A stretch of 63,637 nucleotides of DNA, the filler included, from Bacteriovoracaceae bacterium (GTDB lineage: Bacteria; Bdellovibrionota; Bacteriovoracia; Bacteriovoracales; Bacteriovoracaceae), in NCBI GenBank assembly GCA_018649885.1. It is 6 parts of 6 records of this genome, joined end to end, with 100 filler letters (N's around TTAATTAATTAA, not from the genome) between each part and the next. Parts side by side here need not be neighbours in the genome. Positions count along the whole stretch, not along the records: positions 44,104 to 50,299 come from JABIHA010000033.1; positions 50,400 to 60,843 come from JABIHA010000032.1; 4 more parts are not named here. One strand, written 5' to 3'. Shown here in pieces: positions 46,603-56,362 of this stretch (position 1 is its first letter; each line of letters starts with the position of its first letter). The translations under genes were made by a program, and so were the position numbers. The notes under the pieces were generated by a model, which saw only the letters and a list, made by a program, of their open reading frames with translations, was not told where the DNA came from and did no database searches.

Positions 46603-47814
46603 TTGTCTACTCAAGGTATTGCTCGTGAAAAATTGATTGTTGCCATCTTGGCCACAGTACAATTTTGTCACATGGTAGACTTTGTGGTGATGATGCCACT
46701 GGGCCCGCTACTTATGACAAAGTATTCCATAAGTCCTGTGGAGTTTGCGACTCTTGTGTCGAGCTATAATATTGCGGCCTGTCTTTCAGGGCTAGTACTG
46801 GGGGCGATTGCAGATCGTTATGATTTGAAAAGGCTCTTAGTCTTGGCCTTTTTTGGACTCGCTATGGGAACTTTTTTATGTGGTTATTCATCTAGCTATT
46901 CAGAGCTACTGAGTGCACGAATTTTTACAGGTCTTTTTGGAGGAGCTGTTAATGGGTTAGTGATGGCCTCAATCAGTCATCTCGTTCCCTACGAGCGTAG
47001 AGGGAAGGCCATGGGTGCTATTATGGGGGCCTTTTCAGCAGCAAGTGTTTTAGGAGTTCCCTTGGGCCTTGCGGTGGCAGATCGTTGGGGCTTTAACTGG
47101 AGCTTTTATTCTATTGCGGCTTTTGCACTCATACCACTTATCTTACTTGTACTATGCACGCCGTGTATTCCCGCTAGTATCAAAAAGCTTCGATTTCTAG
47201 AGGTTTTGGTGAAATACAAACATACTTTGAGTTATCAGAGAAACCCCTTAGGCCACACAATGATTTTTATTGTGTCTTTTTCTATGTTTCTACTAATCCC
47301 TTTTATTGCTCCATTTTCAGTTCAAAATTTGGGAATATTACAAAGTGACCTCAAGTTTATGTACTTAGTGGGGGGGCTAGTCACGGTTGTGAGCTCAAGA
47401 GTATTTGGGAGAATGACAGATCGATTTGGTTCTTTTAGAGTTTTTAACGTCCTTGCCTTGGGTGCAATTGTACCCATTTTGATCTTTACAAACTCTGGAG
47501 CGATTTCGCTTGTGGGTTATATCATTTTAATGTCAGTTTTTATGTCTGTCGTTTCAGGAAGAATGATTCCCTGTATGACTATGATTACTGAAATACCCAT
47601 GCCTAGTGAGCGTGGAACTTACATGGGCCTTCTTGGTTCTGTTAGAGCACTTGGCTCTGCTAGCTCTACTTTTATTGCAGGGTTAATTATTGGACAAGGT
47701 GCCAGTGGTGAGCTCACTCGCTATCACTTAGTGGGCTACCTCTCTGTAGCACTCATGCTTTTAAGTCTTTTTATGGCCTTTAAAATACATTCCAGCAAAG
47801 TAGCACACTCATAA
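46603..47814 (+). CDS. MFS transporter
   Basis: Twelve-TM pattern; DF..MMPLGP, ADRY..KR, RGKAMG and RGTYMG motifs. Confidence 0.92.
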   Translation: MSTQGIAREKLIVAILATVQFCHMVDFVVMMPLGPLLMTKYSISPVEFATLVSSYNIAACLSGLVLGAIADRYDLKRLLVLAFFGLAMGTFLCGYSSSYSELLSARIFTGLFGGAVNGLVMASISHLVPYERRGKAMGAIMGAFSAASVLGVPLGLAVADRWGFNWSFYSIAAFALIPLILLVLCTPCIPASIKKLRFLEVLVKYKHTLSYQRNPLGHTMIFIVSFSMFLLIPFIAPFSVQNLGILQSDLKFMYLVGGLVTVVSSRVFGRMTDRFGSFRVFNVLALGAIVPILIFTNSGAISLVGYIILMSVFMSVVSGRMIPCMTMITEIPMPSERGTYMGLLGSVRALGSASSTFIAGLIIGQGASGELTRYHLVGYLSVALMLLSLFMAFKIHSSKVAHS

Positions 47815-48264
47815 TATTGTCCTCCTGAACTCCCTGTAAATTATTATTATTTAATTTCTACTTTGGTAGTCGTTATTTAGAGACAACAAAAGTATGACAA
47901 TATTTTTTTAGGTTCACAGTCTTATATCGAGTGGACTTGTTTTATCGGTGACTTCTGTGGTTTGCCTCTTTTTGATGGCGGCCCTATTTCTCCTTTTTCA
48001 CTTTGATTGACCTATTTTAAATAAGTTAGAAACCGCTGTAGGTGAATTTCCTTGAGCGATGTATATTTACATTGCGAAGAGGTACACAACAGGAGTTGTA
48101 ACTGATCCAGAAGAAATTCGAGGTCAAGTATTTCACCAAATGTGCCGATAACAAAAAGTAAATATTTTATGCCAAGTCTAGGGAAATTGGGATTGAGTAA
48201 AAAACGTTTTTTTTAGGGTTTACTAGAATATTAAATGTATTAACACGTGTGGAGGTAGTACGTT

Positions 48265-48762
48265 ATGAAGTTATTTAGAATCTTATGTATGTTGTTTTCT
48301 TTTACTCTTTTAACAGCAACAGTGGCCCCAGTGGATGCTTTTGCTAAAGGTAAAGGAAAGAAGACCAAAAAAGCTTTTAAGAAATTAAAAAAAGCAGGCA
48401 AGAAGTTCAGAAAGAAAAGAAAGAAGGCATTTAAGAAAATCAGGAAATACCTTAAGAAGCAAGGTATTGAGAAAGGTTCTGTAAAAGGATCTGGACTGTT
48501 TAAAGCTGAAGATTACGATGGAATCTGTGCTCTATCAGAATCAGCTGAAGAAGATTGTCCTAAGAAGTTGAAAAAACTTCATAAGAAAATTGTTAAAGGA
48601 AGAAAGAAGCTTGGAAAGAAAAGAGACAAGTTTAAGAAGAAAAAAGAAAAAGCTGAAGCTTCTGGCGATGTAGAAGAAGAAGAAGTAGCAGAAATGGATG
48701 CAGAGCTAGTAGAGCTTGAAGAAGACGTAGAAGGTGATTCTGAAGAAGAAGATCTTGAATAA
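48265..48762 (+). CDS. Secreted protein with Lys-rich body and acidic tail
   Basis: GGAGG RBS, signal peptide ending AFA, followed by a terminator. Confidence 0.75.
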   Translation: MKLFRILCMLFSFTLLTATVAPVDAFAKGKGKKTKKAFKKLKKAGKKFRKKRKKAFKKIRKYLKKQGIEKGSVKGSGLFKAEDYDGICALSESAEEDCPKKLKKLHKKIVKGRKKLGKKRDKFKKKKEKAEASGDVEEEEVAEMDAELVELEEDVEGDSEEEDLE

Positions 48763-48787
48763 GCTTAATTAAATTTTTATTATAGGG

Positions 48788-48815
48788 AGAGGGTCTTTAT
48801 GGCCCTCTTTTTTTT
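48788..48815 (+). terminator. Intrinsic terminator
   Basis: AGAGGGTC-loop-GGCCCTCT followed by a T tract. Confidence 0.7.
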
Positions 48816-48825
48816 GCCATTTTTT

Positions 48826-49533
48826 TTAATGTGTAGTCTTTAAATCCCTACCACTACGACTCAAAAAGAAGGCCGCACTTAGTCCTCCGGCGCCCATAAC
48901 CATAGTCATCACTACAATTTGGTATCTTACAGCAATTAAAGGGCTGATTCCTGATAAGATCTGGCCTGTCATCATTCCAGGCAGAGACACTAGCCCCACT
49001 GCAAAGAAACTATTTATCTGGGGAATCAGGCAAGCTCCAAGCGCCGTTCTCTTGGCGGAGACTAGGTCTTTTTGCTCGATTTCATTTTCAAATCTCTCGG
49101 CTGCAATTCCAATGGTATTCATGGCGTTGGAAAAAACCATTCCGGCAAGTGGAATTAAAAAGGAGGGCTCATACCAAGGAGAGTGGGGTATTACGACGAT
49201 GGTCACTAAACAAAGAACTGGAAGGGCCCCCACAAGCAGGGATAGAAGAGCATCTTTTAATTTATTTTTTCTCATGTGACGAACTGAATACAGTGAAATC
49301 CATGCAGAGATACAAAGCATCACCATCACTATCAGCACAGTCCATATGGGATTATTTTGTTTGAAAATAAAGCTCAGAAAGTATCCAATCATCAACAGCT
49401 GCACAAGCATTCTTGCAGATGCATAAATGAGTCCCTTCCAATTGAGCTTCCAATTGACGAAAACAATGAGAACCAAAAGGATTGGGAGAAAACTTACGAG
49501 CAGATTTACGAGGGGGATTGTTGTTATTTTCAT
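48826..49533 (-). CDS. UPF0014/FetB-like ABC transporter permease
   Basis: RMLVQLL.IGY.L, IPLAGMVFSNAMN and GLVSLPGMMTGQILSG.SP..AVRYQI motifs. Confidence 0.9.
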   Translation of the reverse strand: MKITTIPLVNLLVSFLPILLVLIVFVNWKLNWKGLIYASARMLVQLLMIGYFLSFIFKQNNPIWTVLIVMVMLCISAWISLYSVRHMRKNKLKDALLSLLVGALPVLCLVTIVVIPHSPWYEPSFLIPLAGMVFSNAMNTIGIAAERFENEIEQKDLVSAKRTALGACLIPQINSFFAVGLVSLPGMMTGQILSGISPLIAVRYQIVVMTMVMGAGGLSAAFFLSRSGRDLKTTH

Positions 49534-49743
49534 CTAGCAGTAGGCCTTTCCTGGGGGAAGCAAAACATTCTCAAACCACTTTACCAGTTGTTTGATATTG
49601 TGTGATAACTAGGTGAGTCATGGCTAGCACTAGCTTAAGAGTTTAATCCTGTTCAAAAGTGTGTAAGCTTTCCCCTGTCACATTTGGTAGTTGCTGATAG
49701 GAACAATCCTTGTTATCTGGAAGGGAACAACAAAGGTAAATTG

Positions 49744-50130
49744 ATGAAATACTTGGCCATTTTTATGTTTTTACTCCCTATGAGCTCATACAGTGATGCT
49801 CTAGATGGGCGGATATCCAATGAGGCATTTTATCCATATTCATGTTTTAAGATTAAGGTTTTTGATCCTTCAAAGAAGTTAGTATTTGAAGATAGGGGCG
49901 CAGTTGAATCTGTAAGTGTTGTAGGCTGTAGTGGTGAACAGCTGGAGTTAAAACCTCGCTTTGTGCACGGAGGAGGCTATAAAGGAAAAATGGTCATGGA
50001 GCTACCTAGTGTTAAGCTTTCCTGCAGTTCAAGTTTTCAAATAACCTACACCAAGTTTCATGGAAACTGTCATAGTTTTTCTTCTCGCGGAGAGGAAAAA
50101 GGAAGGCAAACTCAACGCTTTCAATTTTAA
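49744..50130 (+). CDS. Secreted hypothetical protein
   Basis: MKYLAIFMFLLPMSSYS signal-like start. Confidence 0.55.
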   Translation: MKYLAIFMFLLPMSSYSDALDGRISNEAFYPYSCFKIKVFDPSKKLVFEDRGAVESVSVVGCSGEQLELKPRFVHGGGYKGKMVMELPSVKLSCSSSFQITYTKFHGNCHSFSSRGEEKGRQTQRFQF

Positions 50131-50299
50131 GAAAGTCATTTTTAATTAAGCATTCAATAAGGGCTAGGTAAAACAAAGCACATCACTACCCCACTCTATT
50201 TACTAAAATGCCCCCTAAAAATTCAGCTATTTGGCTCTTAATTCTTATCATAGTTTTTTGTGGATGAAGGTAAAACTAGCACCACAACTTACCCACGAC

Positions 50300-50399
50300 N
50301 NNNNNNNNNNNNNNNNNNNNNNNNNNNNNNNNNNNNNNNNNNNTTAATTAATTAANNNNNNNNNNNNNNNNNNNNNNNNNNNNNNNNNNNNNNNNNNNN
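50300..50399. other. Artificial contig spacer
   Basis: N44-TTAATTAATTAA-N44. Confidence 0.99.
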
Positions 50400-50831
50400 A
50401 TTTAAGCAAAGATATTGTCGAACTATATCAATTAAGATGGGATGCCGAAATTAATATAAGAAATTTAAAAAGAACTCTTGGTAGTTATTTTTTGACTTCA
50501 AAGACGCCGTCGATGGTGAGGAAAGAATTGTATGTGAAAAATCTTGCGTATAATTTAACGAGATCAGTAATTGTATTTTCTGCCAAATCAAAATTGCCCC
50601 GGAAATATAGTTTTAAAACAACAATGTATCTAATTTTAGATTTTCTCAAATCAAAAGATAAAAAAATGGTGGAAAAATTACCAGATTTGCTAAAAAATGA
50701 AACCCTAAACTCCAAATTCAGGGTTGAGCCTAGAGCGCTTAAACGTCGAATAAGAGGGACATTTGGGCTTTTGTTAATTCCAAGAAATAAATATAAATCC
50801 CTAAACAAAGTGGCTTAAAGCAGTAGCATTC
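50400..50831 (+). mobile_element. IS4-family element, 3' end (transposase C-terminus to 50818, then the probable right end)
   Basis: Frame from 50402 reads LYQLRWDAEINIRNLK (YREK motif)..TSKTP.MVRKE..LAYNL..EPRA.KRR; the stop lies within GCTTAA..GCATT, resembling IS4 ends. Confidence 0.8.
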
Positions 50832-50920
50832 GTGCGTGATACTTTTTACATCACATAGCATTGGAAAATCTACCACACACTTCATGCGCCTTTCCAAACA
50901 AAACTGAAACCGTAAATTGT

Positions 50921-50993
50921 AAACCGAACAGTGCACTGTTAACCGTTAACATGTTAACAGTTAACCGGGCACCGTTCAGTTTTAAAAACTTCA
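50921..50993. repeat. 62-bp imperfect palindrome of GTTAAC units; partial copies at 52230-52253 and 56322-56349
   Basis: AAACCGAACAGTGC..GTTAAC x4..GCACCGTTCAGTTT, centred at 50951/50952. Confidence 0.7.
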
Positions 50994-51038
50994 TAAAGGT
51001 ATCGTGTATTTTTGATTGGCACCTTTTTTTCTTTTTTT

Positions 51039-51458
51039 TTATTTTTTACGAATGATATTTAAATACACAGAGACACACAACGAAAAGAAGAAAAAGGCAA
51101 AAGTAGCGATGTCGACAATTTGAGGTTGAATATGCAGACCCAGCCAGTTTTCTAAGAAATAAGTAATATAGGAATTAGGTAAATTAGTGATTCCAAGCTT
51201 TGATTTTATTTGCCAATGCCAGTCAGTTAGCGGGCAATATCCAATTCCATAAAATAAACCAAGACCAAACCAACTTAGAAATGTGGCCCCAAGAGTGTAC
51301 AGATTGGCCCTTCTAGTGCTCTTAAATAACCAGCCCATTAGGTTGAACCCTATTAGCGATAAGTGAAGGATTTCAAAAAAAATATCAGCTAATTTTAGAA
51401 GATTCATATAAAGCTCTTTTATTGTAATAACCTTACCTTTTATTTTTAGTATTGACAC
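51039..51458 (-). CDS. DUF2784-like membrane protein
   Basis: HL.LI.FNL.GW, SWFGLGL.YG.GYCPLTDWHW and SYI motifs; true start probably at MNLLK. Confidence 0.75.
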   Translation of the reverse strand: MSILKIKGKVITIKELYMNLLKLADIFFEILHLSLIGFNLMGWLFKSTRRANLYTLGATFLSWFGLGLFYGIGYCPLTDWHWQIKSKLGITNLPNSYITYFLENWLGLHIQPQIVDIATFAFFFFSLCVSVYLNIIRKK

Positions 51459-51517
51459 TCACCAATTTAATACCCAACCTTTTTATAACGGTAATAGAGC
51501 TGACAAGGGAAGAGAGA

Positions 51518-52219
51518 ATGGGAGATCGATTCAAAGATTGTGGTGGGTTGGAAGATATTAAAGAGCAGGTTGTAAAAGGGTTTGCTCCCCTCATAAAGAA
51601 AATTAGTTTACAGTACCAATATTTAAACCCAGTGGTTGATATAGATGATTTGATTTCAGTGGGAAATATAGGACTATTAGATGCTTTTAGAAAATATGAT
51701 ATGAATAAGAAGGCATCTTTTAAAACTTACGCGCTGATTAGAATTCGCGGCTCTATTATTGATGAGCTGAGAAAGTCTGATTTCCTCCCTAGGTCAGCTA
51801 GAGATAAACATAAAGAAATTGCAAAAATATCCAGAGAACTTGAGGAGAAACAAGGCGTGGCTCCATCACATCAAGAGGTACAAAAGAAGATGGGAATCGA
51901 TCATCATAGATGGAGTGAAATTAAAAATACTGAACAATTAAGGTTCGTAAGCTTCAATGAATACATTACTCACACCAATTCATGTCCTGTAAATAGAATA
52001 AATAAAAAGGAAGTGTTTAAAAAAATTAATCAGCATCTACATCTTTTATCCCACAAAGAGCGACTTGTACTTTTTTTGCGATTATTTCAGGGGAAAACTC
52101 AAAAGCAAGTTGGCATGGAGCTAAAACTCACTCCCGGAAGGATTAGCCAACTTGAAAAAAATGGCAAAGAAAAACTTAAAGAAATCTCCAGTAATTTAGA
52201 TTTAGAACTTGCGATCTAA
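51518..52219 (+). CDS. FliA/WhiG-family (sigma-28-like) RNA polymerase sigma factor
   Basis: DDLISVG.IGLLDA..KYD, FKTYA.IRIRGSIIDELR..D.LPRS.R, region-4 L..GRISQL. Confidence 0.88.
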   Translation: MGDRFKDCGGLEDIKEQVVKGFAPLIKKISLQYQYLNPVVDIDDLISVGNIGLLDAFRKYDMNKKASFKTYALIRIRGSIIDELRKSDFLPRSARDKHKEIAKISRELEEKQGVAPSHQEVQKKMGIDHHRWSEIKNTEQLRFVSFNEYITHTNSCPVNRINKKEVFKKINQHLHLLSHKERLVLFLRLFQGKTQKQVGMELKLTPGRISQLEKNGKEKLKEISSNLDLELAI

Positions 52220-52266
52220 GGCTTCTATAACCGTTCAGTTTTAAAAAACTTCAAACGAATCTTGGC

Positions 52267-52713
52267 CTATTCGTATCGACACTGCCCAACAGAAGTTCTA
52301 AATGAGCGGTCAATAATTTTATTTTCATCGTCCAAGGTAATCAAAAGAGTGTTAATAATAGGGCGCACACCATTTGAGTTTTGGCATATGCCGTCAGAGC
52401 AGGTTTGCTCAACAACACATTCTTCTTTTTTTTCCTTGTCCAACACATCATAGAGTCTTTCTAGTATATAGGATTCACTGCTGAGATTACTTTCACATTG
52501 ATAATTAAATACTTCAGTACCAGCATTAAGCTTGAACTTAAGTTGGTATTGATACTTCTTCACTGTGCTGCTATCACTATTGCATTGTCCATGTTCTCGA
52601 TTCAATTCAATTGTATTCATATCAAGATTATCACTTTTTATGACCAGCATTTTTGAATAAACCTGTGATGACAAAATTGTGGATAGCAAAGTGATTGCGA
52701 TTGTTTTTTTCAT
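52267..52713 (-). CDS. Secreted hypothetical protein
   Basis: GGGG RBS, MKKT signal peptide, six Cys. Confidence 0.7.
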   Translation of the reverse strand: MKKTIAITLLSTILSSQVYSKMLVIKSDNLDMNTIELNREHGQCNSDSSTVKKYQYQLKFKLNAGTEVFNYQCESNLSSESYILERLYDVLDKEKKEECVVEQTCSDGICQNSNGVRPIINTLLITLDDENKIIDRSFRTSVGQCRYE

Positions 52714-53106
52714 ATTTCCCCCAAAAAGTTTAAAAAATCCTCAGAAAATTACGAAATAGCTCATTTTTGGTAAAGACACAGATTGGCACAATAAGTAAAT
52801 TTGTGCAGGGCCTGTGAGTTTTTAAGGTAATCTGACATTCAAAGAGGACAAATTGCCTCCAAAACTAATTTCTGAAAAGGGTCATGGAAAAAATACCTTC
52901 TATCTTTCGTTCGCTGAGCAAGTCACTAGTCATGTCATATTGGCCGTTAGTAGCTAGCTTTAGGGAAATCCTGTGCCCCCTATACTTTTTACCTTCTTTT
53001 CTCCTTATCATACACATAAATCAATCATTAACTTTTTCTCCTGCAATCACACACCTCCAATAAAGTAATATTAAATCCTCAACACTGAAGCATTAGGAGA
53101 ATTTAA

Positions 53107-55158
53107 ATGAAATACTATCTTTGGGGATTAACCTTCACCTTTTTAATTATTAATTTTAGTGTTGGTGCTAAAAGTTGCAAATTATCTCCTGCAGCTGATC
53201 CAGATGATAATGTTATTCAAGATGCCATAGATAGTGGGTGTATTATTATTCAGTTAGATAAGGGGAATTACTATGGTGCTATTAGAACCGATAATAATGC
53301 GGTTTATATTGAAGGAAATTTGGCCAGCAGTGCTGATCGAGAGGACTTCGTTATTTCTTATAGAAAAGAATCTGTTATTTTAGTGGCTTCGACCGGCGAA
53401 TTAGTGCTCCACAGAGTCACTGTTACTGGTGGTTATGATACCTTCGGAAACACTGAAGAAGAAACTTCTACTCCTATAGGCACTGGTCCAGATGGCGAAA
53501 ATTTAGGGCTTGATGATACTGATGAAAGTGTAGATTTTGCAGCCTATGGTGGATGCATAAATAATAATAACCTAACCATATTGGATGATGTGTTACTCAA
53601 GCGTTGTAAGGCCCAAATAGGTGGCGCCATTTACTCTAGTCAGAACAGCACTCTCACAATTAGTAAATCAAGAATTCAAGAAAATGAGGCCACCAGAGTT
53701 GGAGGGGGAGTTATGACCTCAAATTTGGCCTCTCTAAATATAGACTACACAACAATCAATGGGAATGTGGCCAATACCTACGCTGGAGGGGTTTATGTTT
53801 CTAACCCTCGTTTCTTTGAAATCACGGGCAGTAGTTTTTATAATAATTTAAATACCATTGTTTCGGGAACAGGTGGCTCAGGAGGCGCTCTTTATGCCAA
53901 CAGTGTCTCTGCTGGACTCATCGAGAATACTAGCTTTACCAGTAATGGTATTGGAAGTTCTCAGGAGCATGCCACCGTTAGTGGAGGTGCCATTTATGCT
54001 TCTGGTTCTGAATTAACATTAGACAATGTTAATTTTACCCTGAATTTTTCTTTAAAAGGTGGAGCAGGAATTAAATCTACTAACTCAACATTAGATATTA
54101 TTGATTCTACCTTTTTAGGTAACGTAGTTTATGATGTGACAGATGTACTAAGCAAAGGAGGGGCGATTTACTCTTCTTCTGGTGTTCTTAATATTGATAA
54201 ATCAACATTTTTAGTAAATCATGCGAAAACACCCAGTGCTAGTGCTATTGCTTCGGGAGGAGGGGTCTACTCAGCAGGAACTGACTTGAGTATAAGTGAG
54301 TCAATATTTGGAGGAAATACCGCATTTACTGGAGGTGCCATTGTCTCTACTTCTACAAACCCCAATAGGTATAGTAGTGCCATCATATCGGATTCATTAT
54401 TTATTCAAAATATTGCTACCAATGGGGCCGGAGGGGCCATTTTTGCAAGCTATAGTGAAGTTGAGGTTGACCATTCAGGTCTTATTCAAAATCAGGCCAG
54501 CTACTATGGAGGAGCCATAGGCCTTAACTACGCAAGCCTTGTAATGGAAAATAGTTCAGTAGGAGAAAACCACGCCTATTCATATGGTGGAGGGGGGATA
54601 TTTGCAAAATACGACAGTAATGTAGATCTAAACCATACTACTTTTTACCTCAACACATCATCATATGCAGGAGAAGCACTTCGCTTGGAATCTAACTCAT
54701 ACTCTACAATAAGTAATTCTCTTCTCTACAGTGATCCTTCGTCTGGCCATAAAAGTTGTATGACTGCACTTAGCTCTGTTGTGACCTTGGTTGGTAATAA
54801 TTTAATTGGTGATGGGTCTTGTTCGGCCACTTTAACAGGTGATCCTCAGCTTGGTACTTCACTCACTTCGACAGAAGGTTTCTACTATCCAAACACGCCG
54901 ACCTCTCCTGCTCTCGACGCTGCCAGTAGCTCTTATTGCCCTAGTGATGACCAAAGGCACAGAAGTAGACCAATTGATAGCAATGGCGATGGTGTGGCCG
55001 AATGTGATTTAGGCGCCATTGAAGGGGTGCTTGTCACAAGTCCTGGAAGTGGTGGAGGCCTGCCAATTACATCGACTCCTTTGTTTCAAAGAAAAAAGAG
55101 GCAAGCAAGTAACCTAAATGAGAGGGCCCAATCTCTATTCATAAATTTAGCTGATTAA
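53107..55158 (+). CDS. Secreted beta-helix adhesin-like protein (Pmp-type GGAI repeats, choice-of-anchor Q-like C-terminus)
   Basis: Repeated F..N.A..GGA(I/V)Y units; SPALDA..DQR...RP.D.NGDG.A.CDLGAIE. Confidence 0.85.
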   Translation: MKYYLWGLTFTFLIINFSVGAKSCKLSPAADPDDNVIQDAIDSGCIIIQLDKGNYYGAIRTDNNAVYIEGNLASSADREDFVISYRKESVILVASTGELVLHRVTVTGGYDTFGNTEEETSTPIGTGPDGENLGLDDTDESVDFAAYGGCINNNNLTILDDVLLKRCKAQIGGAIYSSQNSTLTISKSRIQENEATRVGGGVMTSNLASLNIDYTTINGNVANTYAGGVYVSNPRFFEITGSSFYNNLNTIVSGTGGSGGALYANSVSAGLIENTSFTSNGIGSSQEHATVSGGAIYASGSELTLDNVNFTLNFSLKGGAGIKSTNSTLDIIDSTFLGNVVYDVTDVLSKGGAIYSSSGVLNIDKSTFLVNHAKTPSASAIASGGGVYSAGTDLSISESIFGGNTAFTGGAIVSTSTNPNRYSSAIISDSLFIQNIATNGAGGAIFASYSEVEVDHSGLIQNQASYYGGAIGLNYASLVMENSSVGENHAYSYGGGGIFAKYDSNVDLNHTTFYLNTSSYAGEALRLESNSYSTISNSLLYSDPSSGHKSCMTALSSVVTLVGNNLIGDGSCSATLTGDPQLGTSLTSTEGFYYPNTPTSPALDAASSSYCPSDDQRHRSRPIDSNGDGVAECDLGAIEGVLVTSPGSGGGLPITSTPLFQRKKRQASNLNERAQSLFINLAD

Positions 55159-55167
55159 AAGAAATAT

Positions 55168-55195
55168 AGGCGCCAGTTATATGGCGCCTTTTTTT
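55168..55195 (+). terminator. Intrinsic terminator
   Basis: AGGCGCCA-loop-TGGCGCCT followed by a T tract. Confidence 0.8.
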
Positions 55196-55451
55196 ATCAT
55201 TTCGACCACGGTTGTAAAGGTTTTGGTTTTTGGATGGTCGTAGCTCTAAGTCTTCTTTTCCTTTAGTAAATCTCTTATTTCTAGAAGCCATATTGTCTAG
55301 TATGTCCCGTCGTAGGGCCTGTGCTTTTAAGGTAATTTATCCATATATGTAATATCTTTTGACATATAATATTTACAAAAAATAGAGATATTCTGAATTT
55401 ATCTTTAATTTATTTAGGGAAGGTTTATCATATTAGTACAGGCATTTTTAT

Positions 55452-56324
55452 TTGGGGATCTACGTGCGACAACTATTAACAATTTTGTTATCTGTGACTG
55501 TATTGATTAATACAGCACAGGCCAGTAGAGGCAGTTGTCAATTATCTCTTCCCGAATATGACAGTCGAATTTCATACCTGGAAAGGGTGCTAGAGGAAAG
55601 CAAATCTGTCTACGGCGAATATACAAATCTCTACACATTTTGGAATAACAGTCTTCAAGATATGGAATGGGGTCACAATGTGGCCACTGCATGTGCCATT
55701 GTTTCAGCAGCGGCCTTAACTGTTGTTGGAGTTTCCGTTGGATGGACCACTTTAATACAAGGCGAGTCCATCGTGGCCTTTGGTCCTCATATGGTTCTTG
55801 CAACCAATTCTAGTGCTACAGCTATGTTCGCCGGTCAGGCCATCGAAATCACTAAAGGGATGATTGGAATGACCTATTTCTTTTTGGCCAGGGCAGTGAT
55901 AATGGTTCCTGCTGATGCCTATTTGATCTATCGCGATCTTTTTGGAAACTACACCGACTTTGGTGCTTCCATTCCAGCAGAACAAGTCCAAAAAATAACT
56001 GATAACTCAGAGTTATATGGAGGAGAGGCGCTTGCTTTTTTAAGCAATCCTGATTGGAGTGGAAATTCAACTGGGCTTAATAATCCTATATTTGCTAAAA
56101 CCATTGCTGACATCTCTAATTGGCAATATGATACCTTAGAAAAAATAGGTGACAGCTGGACAATCTTTGAATACTTCACCAAGGATTTTTTAGAACAATC
56201 CGCTGCCAATGCACAAGCCTACCAGATTGCTTCTGATATCCAAAGATTTCAAGTTTTCTATTGGAATGGTCTTCTCACACTTTTAAAATCAGAAAAAAAA
56301 CAATGCCTTTCAATAGCTCTCTAA
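55452..56324 (+). CDS. Secreted/membrane hypothetical protein
   Basis: Signal peptide (probable GTG start at VRQLL) and a hydrophobic Ala/Gly-rich central hairpin. Confidence 0.7.
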   Translation: MGIYVRQLLTILLSVTVLINTAQASRGSCQLSLPEYDSRISYLERVLEESKSVYGEYTNLYTFWNNSLQDMEWGHNVATACAIVSAAALTVVGVSVGWTTLIQGESIVAFGPHMVLATNSSATAMFAGQAIEITKGMIGMTYFFLARAVIMVPADAYLIYRDLFGNYTDFGASIPAEQVQKITDNSELYGGEALAFLSNPDWSGNSTGLNNPIFAKTIADISNWQYDTLEKIGDSWTIFEYFTKDFLEQSAANAQAYQIASDIQRFQVFYWNGLLTLLKSEKKQCLSIAL

Positions 56325-56362
56325 CATGTTAACAGAGCACCGCTCAGTTGGCATCGCCCAAT

